A stretch of DNA of 64,000 bases from Candidatus Latescibacterota bacterium (lineage in GTDB: Bacteria; Latescibacterota; UBA2968; UBA8231). The position numbers were made by a program, and so were the translations under genes. Positions 50,605-59,626 of the stretch are shown one piece after another (the stretch's first letter is position 1; every line of letters begins with the position of its first letter). Location of the stretch: positions 1,920,001 through 1,984,000 of the forward strand of contig OZ253462.1 of assembly GCA_965261395.1 (NCBI GenBank), given 5' to 3'. A model generated the notes under the pieces. That model saw nothing but the letters and a program-made list of their open reading frames with translations. It was not told the DNA's origin and did not search any database.

Positions 50605-53600
50605 ATGTCATCCGTTATGTTAGCCGATTTGCCCATGGACTTCGCTGCCGACCCGGATGCTGTCTCGGCCGTCGCCGAGGCGCATCGTCTCGCCTATGGA
50701 CACCTTTTTAATTCCGCGTTCGCCGCGGAAACGTCGCTAATTGACCCGCTCCCGCATCAGCGCATTGCCGTGTACGAGCAGATGCTGCAACAGGCTCCCC
50801 TGCGATTCTTGCTGGCCGACGACGCGGGGGCTGGCAAGACCATCATGACGGGCCTATACGTACGCGAGATGCTGTCCCGCCGTCTCATCCGTCGCGTGCT
50901 CATCGTGCCGCCGGCTGGCTTGGTCGGCAACTGGGAGCGGGAAATGCGCACCCTGTTTCGCCTGTCATTCCGCATCGTCAGCGGCGAAGACGCACGCACC
51001 GGCAATCCCTTCCTCGGCCCAGAGAGCGACCAAGTAATCGTCAGCATCGACACCTTGGCCGGGGAACGCATGTTTGGCCACCTCAAAGACTCGCAAACCG
51101 ACGCCTACGACCTCGTCGTCTTCGACGAGGCGCACAAGCTGTCTGCGGATCGTCTGCCGGATTTCCGGGTGCGCAAGACGGATCGGTACAAGCTGGCGGA
51201 AGCCCTAGCCGGTGCCGAGGTAGAAGATGAGCGCTGGGAGCTTCCTTGGTCGGTCCAACACCTGCTGTTGCTGACGGCCACGCCGCACATGGGCAAGGAT
51301 TATCCCTATTACTTCCTGTGGCGTCTGTTGCTGCCGGACGCGCTCTCGACCTACGACGCGTTCGACACTTTTCCCCGCGACTCTCGGCAGAGGCACTTCA
51401 TCCGCCGGACCAAGGAGGAGATGGTCCGCTTCGATGGTGCTCCGCTGTATCCACAGCGAAATTGCGCCACTCTGAGCTACGATCTCTCGCAGGGGCCAGA
51501 GAGCGAACAGGAGCTCTACGACGAGACGACCGAATACATCGGGTATTATTACAACCGCGCCGGAGTGTTGAACCAGTCCGCTGCCCGCTTGGCGATGAGC
51601 GTCTTTCAGCGGCGTCTCGCTAGTTCCACCTATGCCCTTCTACGCTCCTTTGAGCGTCGGCAAGAAAAGCTCGCAGGGCTGATTGACGACATTCGGAATG
51701 GACGACTTACCGAGGAACAGCTCGTGCGCCAGCAACGGAGCCTCGACAAGCTCGACGACATCTTTGAAACGCGGACCGCCGATGAGGACGCCGCAAGCGA
51801 GGACGGAGGCGAGCAACACGAGGAGTTCGAGGGCAAGGCTCTAAGCGGCACCGTTGCAGTCAACCTCAGCGAACTTGAGGTAGAACGTCGCCAAGTCGAA
51901 GCGTTGCTCAACAAGACTCGGAGCCTGTTCGACACCGGCGAGGAGTCCAAGTTCGAGAAGCTGCGCGAAGTGCTCCGCGACCCGCAATACCTCGACGAGA
52001 AGCTCATCATCTTCACCGAGCACCGCGACACTGCGGAGTTTTTGGTGCGCCGGCTCGAAGGGCTTGGCTTCACAGGTCAAGTTGCTCTGATCCACGGCGG
52101 CCTGCCCTACCAGGAGCGCGAGCGCCAAGTTGAGTTTTTTCGTCAATCAGCAGCGGAAGGCGGGGCCAACTACCTAGTGGCCACCGACGCTGCTGGCGAA
52201 GGGATTAACCTGCAATTCTGCTGGCTGATGGTGAACTACGACATCCCCTGGAACCCGGCGCGGCTCGAACAGCGGATGGGGCGCATCCATCGCTACGGCC
52301 AGAAACACGATCCAGTGGTCATCGTCAATCTGGTGGCCGGCGGTACGCGCGAGGGGCGGGTGCTGAAGACCCTGCTCGACAAGCTCGAAGCGATCCGTCG
52401 CCAGCTTCAATCCGATAAGGTGTTTGACGTGGTGGGTCGGCTGTTTGAGGGGTTGTCCATGCGGGACTATCTGGAGCAGGCGGTCACTGGAGATGCCGAC
52501 AGCATTGCCGAGCGCTTGGAGGGCGACCTTACAGAGCAACAAGTCCAAGCTCTTGCGGAGCGAGAGCGCGTACTCTTTGGAGAAGGCGGCGAGGTTCGCC
52601 GGCGACTGGCGCAGCTCAACGACGAGGCAGAGCAGGAAAACTATCGCCGCTTGCTGCCCGGATACGTGCGCCGTTTTGTGGAGCGAGCCGCGCCGCTGCT
52701 CGACTTGCGCATCGAGGGCGACTTAGGAGCCACTTTTGCGCTGGTGCCCGGCCGGCCCCGCGCGGCTGATGCCTTGTTGCCCGCACTTGAGGTCTATCCC
52801 GAGGAAGCGCGCGAGCGGCTGACGGTGTATAAGCCGACGGACCACGAAAGCGCGGTCTGGATGCACCCCGGCGAGCCGGTGTTCGACGCCCTCTCAGCCG
52901 CGATCCTGAGTCGCTTCGGGCGCGACGGGCTCAAGGGTGCCGTGTTCACCGACCCTTATGCGACCGAGGCATATCTATTTCATATCGCACTGATTTCTGT
53001 CGAACAGCACAGCCAAGGCAACGCAGGGCCGACCGCCCCGCAGCCCCTCGAATCGCGCCTAATCGGGCTGCGCCAATCGAGCAACGGCACCATAGAGGAG
53101 TGCCCGGTCGAGCATCTACTTCTGCTCAGAGGTGCCCACGGCTTCGCGCCAAGCCGGGTGCCACTGGCTACCCTAGCTCGCGACATGGTCGCTGATACTG
53201 CCCAGTTCATCCGCGAGGACGTGAACGAGCGCGTCGTGCAAGCGCATCGCCAGCGCCGCCTCGACGATCTGCCCGCACGCCTAAAGTTCGTCAATCGCGG
53301 CTTCGACTTTCAGGCTGCCGAACTCGCCGCCGCCCGATCCCGCCTTAGCAAAATGGCCCGCGATGGTAATCGCCACGCCCAAGGGGAACTCTCCAAGGTC
53401 AAGGAACGGCAGCGGAGCTTGACGGCTTCCCGCAATCATCGCCTCGACGATCTGCGGGCCGAACCAGACCTCATCCAGGCCGGTGAGATCGAGTTCCTCG
53501 TTCACGCCCTCGTGGTGCCGGCCCAAGATTCCGAGGAGACTGAGCGCTACGATGCCGATGTCGAAGCTATCGCTGTGGAGGTGGCTACCGATTATGAGAA

Positions 53601-53949
53601 GCGCTTCGGTGCCGAGGTACAGGATGTTTCGCGGCCCGAGCTAGCGCGGCGCGCCGGGCTAACCGACTGGCCAGGCTTTGATCTGCTTTCCCGCCACGCC
53701 GGAGAAGAACGACGCGCCATAGAAGTCAAGGGACGGGCCGGTACCGGCGGCATTGAAATGAGTGATAATGAATGGGCCAAGGCTTGCAATCTCCGCGACG
53801 AATACTGGCTCTACGTCGTCTTTGACTGCGCCACGCCTCACCCGCGTTTGGTGCGGGTGCGCGATCCATTTGCCAAGCTGCTCGTCAGGAGCCGCGAGTC
53901 TATCGCCTATATTATCAACCCAAGGGCTGTTATAGAGGCAGCCGAGTGA
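50605..53949 (+). CDS. SNF2-family helicase with C-terminal DUF3883 nuclease-like domain
   Basis: LLADDAGAGKT, DEAH, TATPH, TDAAGEGINLQ, EQRMGRIHR; GFDLLS...AIEVKG...NEW..A...YWLYVV. Confidence 0.93.
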   Translation: MSSVMLADLPMDFAADPDAVSAVAEAHRLAYGHLFNSAFAAETSLIDPLPHQRIAVYEQMLQQAPLRFLLADDAGAGKTIMTGLYVREMLSRRLIRRVLIVPPAGLVGNWEREMRTLFRLSFRIVSGEDARTGNPFLGPESDQVIVSIDTLAGERMFGHLKDSQTDAYDLVVFDEAHKLSADRLPDFRVRKTDRYKLAEALAGAEVEDERWELPWSVQHLLLLTATPHMGKDYPYYFLWRLLLPDALSTYDAFDTFPRDSRQRHFIRRTKEEMVRFDGAPLYPQRNCATLSYDLSQGPESEQELYDETTEYIGYYYNRAGVLNQSAARLAMSVFQRRLASSTYALLRSFERRQEKLAGLIDDIRNGRLTEEQLVRQQRSLDKLDDIFETRTADEDAASEDGGEQHEEFEGKALSGTVAVNLSELEVERRQVEALLNKTRSLFDTGEESKFEKLREVLRDPQYLDEKLIIFTEHRDTAEFLVRRLEGLGFTGQVALIHGGLPYQERERQVEFFRQSAAEGGANYLVATDAAGEGINLQFCWLMVNYDIPWNPARLEQRMGRIHRYGQKHDPVVIVNLVAGGTREGRVLKTLLDKLEAIRRQLQSDKVFDVVGRLFEGLSMRDYLEQAVTGDADSIAERLEGDLTEQQVQALAERERVLFGEGGEVRRRLAQLNDEAEQENYRRLLPGYVRRFVERAAPLLDLRIEGDLGATFALVPGRPRAADALLPALEVYPEEARERLTVYKPTDHESAVWMHPGEPVFDALSAAILSRFGRDGLKGAVFTDPYATEAYLFHIALISVEQHSQGNAGPTAPQPLESRLIGLRQSSNGTIEECPVEHLLLLRGAHGFAPSRVPLATLARDMVADTAQFIREDVNERVVQAHRQRRLDDLPARLKFVNRGFDFQAAELAAARSRLSKMARDGNRHAQGELSKVKERQRSLTASRNHRLDDLRAEPDLIQAGEIEFLVHALVVPAQDSEETERYDADVEAIAVEVATDYEKRFGAEVQDVSRPELARRAGLTDWPGFDLLSRHAGEERRAIEVKGRAGTGGIEMSDNEWAKACNLRDEYWLYVVFDCATPHPRLVRVRDPFAKLLVRSRESIAYIINPRAVIEAAE

Positions 53950-53955
53950 CGCAGA
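53894..53955 (+). repeat. Helicase 3' tail, copied at 59561-59622
   Basis: 53/62 identity by manual alignment; ESIAYIINPRAVIEAAE* vs ESIADTITPRAFIEAAE*. Confidence 0.9.
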
Positions 53956-54060
53956 CGCGATTGCATGAATCAAACCCATAGGGAAAATTCTGAGGTAAGC
54001 GGTCTTGGCGGCACAGGTTGGCCGACAGCCGGCAGGACCCTCACCAGCGAGGAGTCACCC

Positions 54061-55662
54061 ATGATGACGACAACCATGCGTTTCTTCAACACCGCCGGTC
54101 CCATCAAGGCGGAAATGCACTACCACATATCGCCTCTAGCGCGGCTCGACTGCGACGACTTCCTACAGCTCATCCGGCAGGAAAAGTACTTCGTCCTGCA
54201 CGCGCCGCGCCAGACCGGCAAGACCTCCGCGCTCCTAGCGCTGCGCGATGAACTGAACGCCAGCGGCGAGTTTCGCTGTGTGTACGTCAACGTCGAGGTC
54301 GGCCAGACGGCGCGGGAGGATGTGGCCGCGGCTATGCGGGCGATACTCAGCGCATTGGCTCGTGCGGCGCGCCACGCGCTCGATGACTTGTTTGTCACCG
54401 ACATTTGGCGCGGCATTCTCGACGACGCTGGCCCCAACGACGCGCTGGGGGAGACCCTTGCCTGCTGGGCGGCCGCGGATCCAAAGCCGCTGGTACTGAT
54501 GATCGACGAGGTTGACGCCCTGATCGGCGACACCCTGCTAGCCGTGCTGCGGCAATTGCGCGCTGGCCACCCAGAGCGCCCGCGCCGGTTTCCCCAGAGC
54601 GTGATTCTGTGCGGGGTGCGCGACGTGCGCGACTACCGCATCCGCTCTACCGCCGAAAACGCAATCATCGCCGGGGGCAGCGCGTTCAACATCCGCGCCG
54701 AGTCCCTGCGCCTCGGGGACTTCTCGCGCGCCGAGGTTGAGTCCCTGTTGGCGCAGCACACCGAGGAGACCGGCCAAGCGTTCACCGAGGAGGCACGACG
54801 CGACATCTGGGAGCTAACCCAAGGCCAACCGTGGCTCGTGAACGCCCTCGCCTACGAAGCCTGCTGGGGCAACAAGGCCGGGCGTGACCGCAGCCGGTCG
54901 ATCACCGCCGACGCCATCCAGGACGCCCGCGAGCAGTTGATCCTGCGCCGCGAGACGCATCTGGATCAGCTCACCGACAAGCTGCAAGAAGAGCGGGTGC
55001 GGCGGGTGGTCGAGCCGCTGCTGAAAGGAGCCGATGATGCCGGCTCGTTTGCTGCCGCCGATCTGCAGTACGTGCGCGATCTCGGACTCGTGCGTACCGA
55101 CGATCCCATTGCCATCGCCAACCCGATCTACCGCGAGGTGATCCCGCGCGACCTCACCTACACCACCCAAGCAGGCTTTCACCACGACCCGGCTTGGTAC
55201 GTCGATGCAGACGGCACCCTGCAGGTGGGCAAGCTCCTAGCCGCGTTCCAAGAGTTTTTCCGCGAGCATTCCGAGCACTGGATGGAGCGGTTCCAGTACA
55301 AGGAGGCGGGGCCGCAGTTGCTACTCCAAGCGTTTTTACAGCGCATCGTGAACAGCGGCGGCCGGATCGAGCGGGAGTATGGCTTGGGTCGGATGCGCAC
55401 AGACTTGCTGCTGATATGGCCAGTGGGCGGGGATCGCGGCAAGACGCAGAAGGTCGTCATTGAGTGCAAGGTGCTGCGTCGAGGGCTGGAGCGGACGCTG
55501 CGCGAAGGGCTGGAGCAGACGCGCGCCTACATGGATCGCTGCGCGACGGCGGAAGGACACCTCGTGCTCTTTGACCGCAGCGAGGGCAAGTCGTGGGACG
55601 ACAAGGTGTATCGCCGCGAGGAAACTGAAGGCGGCGCACCGGTCGAGGTGTGGGGAATGTGA
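54061..55662 (+). CDS. AAA-like ATPase with C-terminal PD-(D/E)XK-like domain
   Basis: MRFFNTAGP, HAPRQTGKT, LMIDEVD, EREYGLGRMRTDL...VIECK. Confidence 0.88.
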   Translation: MMTTTMRFFNTAGPIKAEMHYHISPLARLDCDDFLQLIRQEKYFVLHAPRQTGKTSALLALRDELNASGEFRCVYVNVEVGQTAREDVAAAMRAILSALARAARHALDDLFVTDIWRGILDDAGPNDALGETLACWAAADPKPLVLMIDEVDALIGDTLLAVLRQLRAGHPERPRRFPQSVILCGVRDVRDYRIRSTAENAIIAGGSAFNIRAESLRLGDFSRAEVESLLAQHTEETGQAFTEEARRDIWELTQGQPWLVNALAYEACWGNKAGRDRSRSITADAIQDAREQLILRRETHLDQLTDKLQEERVRRVVEPLLKGADDAGSFAAADLQYVRDLGLVRTDDPIAIANPIYREVIPRDLTYTTQAGFHHDPAWYVDADGTLQVGKLLAAFQEFFREHSEHWMERFQYKEAGPQLLLQAFLQRIVNSGGRIEREYGLGRMRTDLLLIWPVGGDRGKTQKVVIECKVLRRGLERTLREGLEQTRAYMDRCATAEGHLVLFDRSEGKSWDDKVYRREETEGGAPVEVWGM

Positions 55663-55666
55663 GCGG

Positions 55667-55870
55667 ATGACGGCTTCTAAAAGGATGGCTATCGCCCGCG
55701 TCCGGCAGAGGATAGTAGAGGGTGGGCACGATGTGCCGGAGCCTGTGGTTCGTCGTCGGTTTTTAGCGGGCTAGCGCAATTTTGAATCAATCTATCGAGA
55801 GCTTGTAGATGAGTGGGCTGTTTACGATAATTCGGGTAATTTGAAAATCTTGAGGATATGGCCATTCTAG
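55667..55870 (+). pseudogene. C-terminal remnant of a zeta-toxin-like P-loop kinase
   Basis: AIARVRQRIVEGGHDVPEPVVRRRF.AG*RNFE.IY..LVDEW.VYDNSG; P-loop half missing; in-frame TAG at 55772. Confidence 0.75.
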
Positions 55871-55883
55871 ACGGAGGAGCAAT

Positions 55884-56108
55884 ATGAAGACGATTGGAGT
55901 CGCAAAATTCAAGGAGCAGTGCTTGGCCTTGCTCGACCAGCTCGATGACGATGGGTTGGTCATCACCAAGCACGGTAAGCCAATAGCCCGAGTCGTCCCC
56001 TGCGATCAGCAAGACGCCGACCTGATCGGCAGCCTACGACACAAGATCAAAATCCGGGGTGACATCCTCACGACCGGCGTCCGCTGGGATGCAGATGCTC
56101 AATCTTGA
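55884..56108 (+). CDS. Phd/YefM family antitoxin
   Basis: FKEQCLALLD...VITKHGKPIARVVP; GGAG RBS. Confidence 0.9.
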   Translation: MKTIGVAKFKEQCLALLDQLDDDGLVITKHGKPIARVVPCDQQDADLIGSLRHKIKIRGDILTTGVRWDADAQS

Positions 56109-56196
56109 CACACATATTCTCATCTTCGCGAATGTTCCGTTGCTCACGCGAGACCAAATCATACGGCGTTCGCAGGTTGTTCCGCTAGCCTCGTAG
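56095..56196 (+). pseudogene. VapC/PIN toxin with large internal deletion
   Basis: 33 aa: PIN N-terminus MLNLDTHILIF joined to C-terminus VPLLTRD..IRRS.VVPL. Confidence 0.8.
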
Positions 56197-56244
56197 AGCA
56201 AATACCCTAGAAATGGTGAGACATAGGTGCTCAATGTCAAATCA

Positions 56245-56370
56245 CGTTGCTCGGGGTAACGGCGCTGGAGTCCCTCGGTATCGAAGTTGACCCGCTCAAC
56301 CAGCGACTGAAGAAGCTGCCGGCTGTGCGGCTCAAGAGCCTGCGGACGAGATCGAGAAAGGAGAAGCAGC
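56245..56370 (+). repeat. Clan AA protease 3' fragment (copy A)
   Basis: LLGVTALESLGIEVDPLNQRLKKLPAVRLKS; near-identical to blocks starting at 58291 and 59183, similar to 59901. Confidence 0.92.
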
Positions 56371-56625
56371 ATGGGAGTACGACAGCCGCGTTATAGCAAA
56401 GAGGAGTTCGCCCGGCGCGGTCAGGCGCTCTACGAGCAACGAGTGAGGCCGCAGGTGGAAGAAGGCAATAGCGGTAGGATCGTGGCGATTGATATTGAGA
56501 CGGGCGAGTTCGAGGTAGCGGACGACCCACTTGCCGCATCTGACCAACTTTTTGCGCGTTGTCCAGATGCGCAGCCGTGTTAGTGCGTATCGGGCACCGG
56601 GCGCTACATTGGTTCGGGCAGTCGC
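56371..56625 (+). pseudogene. Small protease-partner protein, frameshifted
   Basis: RGQALYEQRVRPQVE..GRIVAIDIETGEFEV; homology to the 58423 paralog resumes in another frame (LVRIGHRA) after ~56579. Confidence 0.7.
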
Positions 56626-56662
56626 ATGCTAGTGCACGATATAAGGCAATGGAGACGCCAAC

Positions 56663-57973
56663 ATGCTGAAGCGCATACATATCCGAGGATACAAGTCTCT
56701 TGAAGACGTCGAAGTGTGTCTTACCCAGCTTGTGGTTCTGTTCGGACCGAATGCCGCTGGTAAGAGCAATTTGCTCGATGCTTTGCAACTGCTGTCGAAG
56801 CTGGGGACGAGCCGGACGCTCAAAGAGGCTTTTGATCCACCCTATCGCGGCAAGCCACTCGAATCCTTTACCATCGGGCAAAAAGGCATCAAGGGGCTGC
56901 TCGAACAGGAGCGGCTGTCGTTCTCGATTGAAGCCGACCTGAGCTTGTCGGATGCGGTCGTTGAGACCGTCAATCGCCAGATACTAGAAATGCGTCGTCC
57001 GCACGGCGAGGGCGAGTCTAAAGAGAGAAGCAAGCTCCCCGCCCGTGTCCGCGAACGCGACTTGCGCTACCGCATCGAGGTGGAGATGCTGCCCAGATCG
57101 GGTCTCCTGCGCGTGGCGGACGAATACCTAGCCGCCCTCAACAGCAAGGGCGAGCCCACGGGTAAACGCAAGCCCTTTCTCGAACGGCAAGACGAAAGAA
57201 TCCACCTGCGGCACGAAGGACAGGCGCACCCCACCTGTTATGACCGTTATCTGGATCACAGCATCCTCTCTATGCCGCATTATCCGCCGCACTATCCCCA
57301 CTTGGCGGCGGCGCGGCGCGAACTGGAGAGCTGGCTGTTCTTCTACTTTGAGCCACGCGAACGCATGCGCGCCGCCAATCCAGTAAAAGAAGTGCGCCAT
57401 ATCGGCTTGATGGGTGAAGAACTCGCCGCCTTCCTCAACACCATGAAGTCAACCGATGAAAGACAGTTCAGGGGAGTCGAGAAGGCGTTACATGCGCTGA
57501 TGCCGAACATCGACGGCATTGAGGTGGAGGTGAGCGATCTCGGCGAGGTCGAGCTTCGCCTCAAGGAAGGCGGTGTTGCGATACCGGCCCGCGTACTCTC
57601 CGAAGGTACGCTGCGGATGCTCGGACTGCTAGCTTTGACCGGCGTTGACGACGCCCCGGCATTGGTCGGGTTCGAGGAACCAGAAAACGGCGTCCACCCG
57701 CGCCGCATCCAGTTGATCGCGGAATTGCTGAAAACACAGGAGACCCTGCAACAGACTCAGTACATCGTCACCACGCACTCGCCGATCCTGCCCGATCTGC
57801 TCGCGGACAGCTCCCTGTTTGTGACGAACCGGATCGACCGCAAGACACGAATTGAGCCGTTTTCTACTTGGGGACCATTGGGACGGCGCGATGATTTTAG
57901 CCAAGTGCTCTCCGACGAGGAGGACGGACTTCCAGTTTCAACACGTATCTTGAGAGGGGACTTCGATGCGTGA
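56663..57973 (+). CDS. AAA_21/AbiEii-type ABC ATPase
   Basis: GYKSL, GPNAAGKS, LSEGT, FEEPENGVHP, TTHS. Confidence 0.92.
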   Translation: MLKRIHIRGYKSLEDVEVCLTQLVVLFGPNAAGKSNLLDALQLLSKLGTSRTLKEAFDPPYRGKPLESFTIGQKGIKGLLEQERLSFSIEADLSLSDAVVETVNRQILEMRRPHGEGESKERSKLPARVRERDLRYRIEVEMLPRSGLLRVADEYLAALNSKGEPTGKRKPFLERQDERIHLRHEGQAHPTCYDRYLDHSILSMPHYPPHYPHLAAARRELESWLFFYFEPRERMRAANPVKEVRHIGLMGEELAAFLNTMKSTDERQFRGVEKALHALMPNIDGIEVEVSDLGEVELRLKEGGVAIPARVLSEGTLRMLGLLALTGVDDAPALVGFEEPENGVHPRRIQLIAELLKTQETLQQTQYIVTTHSPILPDLLADSSLFVTNRIDRKTRIEPFSTWGPLGRRDDFSQVLSDEEDGLPVSTRILRGDFDA

Positions 57974-58016
57974 TTCGCCGCTTGAGGCGGCGGAGCAAAC
58001 TGAAAGTGAAAGGAGA

Positions 58017-58487
58017 ATGAAAATGGGTGCAGTAAACGCCAACGTAGTCATCAGCAACCCAGCTAATCGAGCCAAAAGCTGGGAAGAGGTTTTTCTGGTT
58101 GATACAGGCGCGACCGACAGCCTCGTCCCGCGACAACACCTGGAGGCCATCGGCCTCAAACCCGAAGCACCGCGGACGTACCTATTGGCCGATGGCAGTG
58201 AAGTCCAGATGGACATTGCGGTTGCGCGAATCGAACTCATGGGGGAAATCGTGGGAGGCACGGTTCTTTTTGGAGACGCAGACACCGAGCCGTTGCTCGG
58301 GATAACGGCCCTGGAGTCCCTCGGTATAGAAATTGATCCGCTCAACCAGCGACTGAAAAAGCTGCCGGCTGTGCGGCTCAAGGATCTGCGGAGGAAAGCG
58401 AGATTGGAGAAAGGAGAACAGCATGGGCACAGATCGCACTTACGGCCCCGGGGAGATAGCAGCCCAGGGGGAAGCCATTTATCGTGA
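58017..58487 (+). CDS. Clan AA aspartic (retropepsin-like) protease, type 1
   Basis: FLVDTGATDS, LADG, EPLLGITALE; AAGGAG RBS. Confidence 0.88.
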   Translation: MKMGAVNANVVISNPANRAKSWEEVFLVDTGATDSLVPRQHLEAIGLKPEAPRTYLLADGSEVQMDIAVARIELMGEIVGGTVLFGDADTEPLLGITALESLGIEIDPLNQRLKKLPAVRLKDLRRKARLEKGEQHGHRSHLRPRGDSSPGGSHLS

Positions 58488-58701
58488 ACAGATCCAGTCT
58501 AAAGTTGAGCCAACGGAGAAAGGGAAATTCGTAGTCATTGATGTTGAGACCGGAGACTATGAGATCGACGCAGGGGACGCGGTGGCTACGCGGCGGCTTT
58601 TGGAGCGGAGGCCGTCGGCCGTTACATACGGAGTGCGCGTCGGCCATCGCGCAGCATACAGCCACGTCGGTGGCTTCCGGAATCCCAAGCACGATGATTA
58701 A
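58423..58701 (+). CDS. Small protease-partner protein
   Basis: GEAIYREQIQ.KVE..KGKFVVIDVETGDYEI...VRVGHRA; overlaps the downstream protease start. Confidence 0.8.
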   Translation: MGTDRTYGPGEIAAQGEAIYREQIQSKVEPTEKGKFVVIDVETGDYEIDAGDAVATRRLLERRPSAVTYGVRVGHRAAYSHVGGFRNPKHDD

Positions 58702-59074
58702 GGGAAAGATTAGCGAGAATCAACAGGCGTTGCTTCCTATAGACATTATAGACGGTGAAGGCCGCCCGAGGTCATTGGAGGTTATCCTAGACACCGGGTT
58801 TACTGGGTATTTGACACTGCCTCCGGAATCCATCCGTCAATTGGGACTGACCTCCATTGGTCAACGGACCTTTGAGCTAGCTAATGGGGAACTCTTTGAG
58901 TTTGCGGCCTACCTCGCCATGGTGTCCTGGCATGGACGCCTCCGTGATGTGCTGGTGCTGCAGTCGGACAGTGTTCCGTTGCTGGGCATGACTCTGCTCT
59001 GGGGTAGTCGAGTTACTGTGGATGCGTTGGACGACGGAGAGGTTATCATTGAAGAGCTTCCACCAGCCCAGTGA
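58694..59074 (+). CDS. Clan AA aspartic protease, type 2 (AF_0612-like)
   Basis: ILDTGFTGYLTLP, LANG, PLLGMTLL. Confidence 0.88.
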   Translation: MIKGKISENQQALLPIDIIDGEGRPRSLEVILDTGFTGYLTLPPESIRQLGLTSIGQRTFELANGELFEFAAYLAMVSWHGRLRDVLVLQSDSVPLLGMTLLWGSRVTVDALDDGEVIIEELPPAQ

Positions 59075-59110
59075 CGGGAAGTCGAAGGCCCATGCGCCGC
59101 GGGCGACGTT

Positions 59111-59298
59111 CGGTTGCGCGAATCGAACTCAGGGGGGAAATCGTGGGAGGCACGGTTCTTTTCGGGGACGCAGACACCGAGCCGTTGCTCGGGGTAACGG
59201 CTCGGGAGTCCCTCGGTATCGAAGTCGATCCACTCAACCAGCGACTGGAGAAGCTGCCGGCCGTGCGGCTCAAGAGCTTGCGGAGGAAAACGAGATAG
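59111..59298 (+). pseudogene. Type 1 protease C-terminal half lacking the DTG active site
   Basis: VARIELRGEIVGGTVLFGDADTEPLLGVTARESLG... Confidence 0.85.
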
Positions 59299-59349
59299 GA
59301 TCAAGGATAACAACATGGGCACAGATCGCACTTACGGCCCCAGGGAGAA

Positions 59350-59520
59350 ATGTCGAGCAAGACTACCGAGCAACGTGACACCATTATGAAGTATTCAGAC
59401 GCTTTCGCCCGTATAGACGAGGAAGAAGAGAGAGAGGAGATAGAAAGCGCTTACTCTGCACTAATTGAGGATGTCCGTCGAGAGGTCGAGAGTCTTGAGG
59501 CGAATGAGCCGAAGAGATAG
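59350..59520 (+). CDS. Small acidic hypothetical protein or remnant (56 aa)
   Basis: GGGAGA RBS; MSSKTTEQRDTIMKYSDAFARIDEEEEREEIESAYSALIEDVRREVESLEANEPKR. Confidence 0.4.
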   Translation: MSSKTTEQRDTIMKYSDAFARIDEEEEREEIESAYSALIEDVRREVESLEANEPKR

Positions 59521-59626
59521 GCGAACCCGCCTAACATTCGGGATCGAGTATGCGGATGTAGCGAGTCTATCGCCGACACCATCACCCCAAGAGCTTTTAT
59601 AGAAGCAGCCGAGTAACGCAGAGGAA

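Larger units (their letters stand above)
58219..59341 (+). repeat. 231-bp direct repeats (58219-58449 and 59111-59341)
   Basis: Both start CGGTTGCGCGAATCGAACTCA and end ATGGGCACAGATCGCACTTACGGCCCC. Confidence 0.9.
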
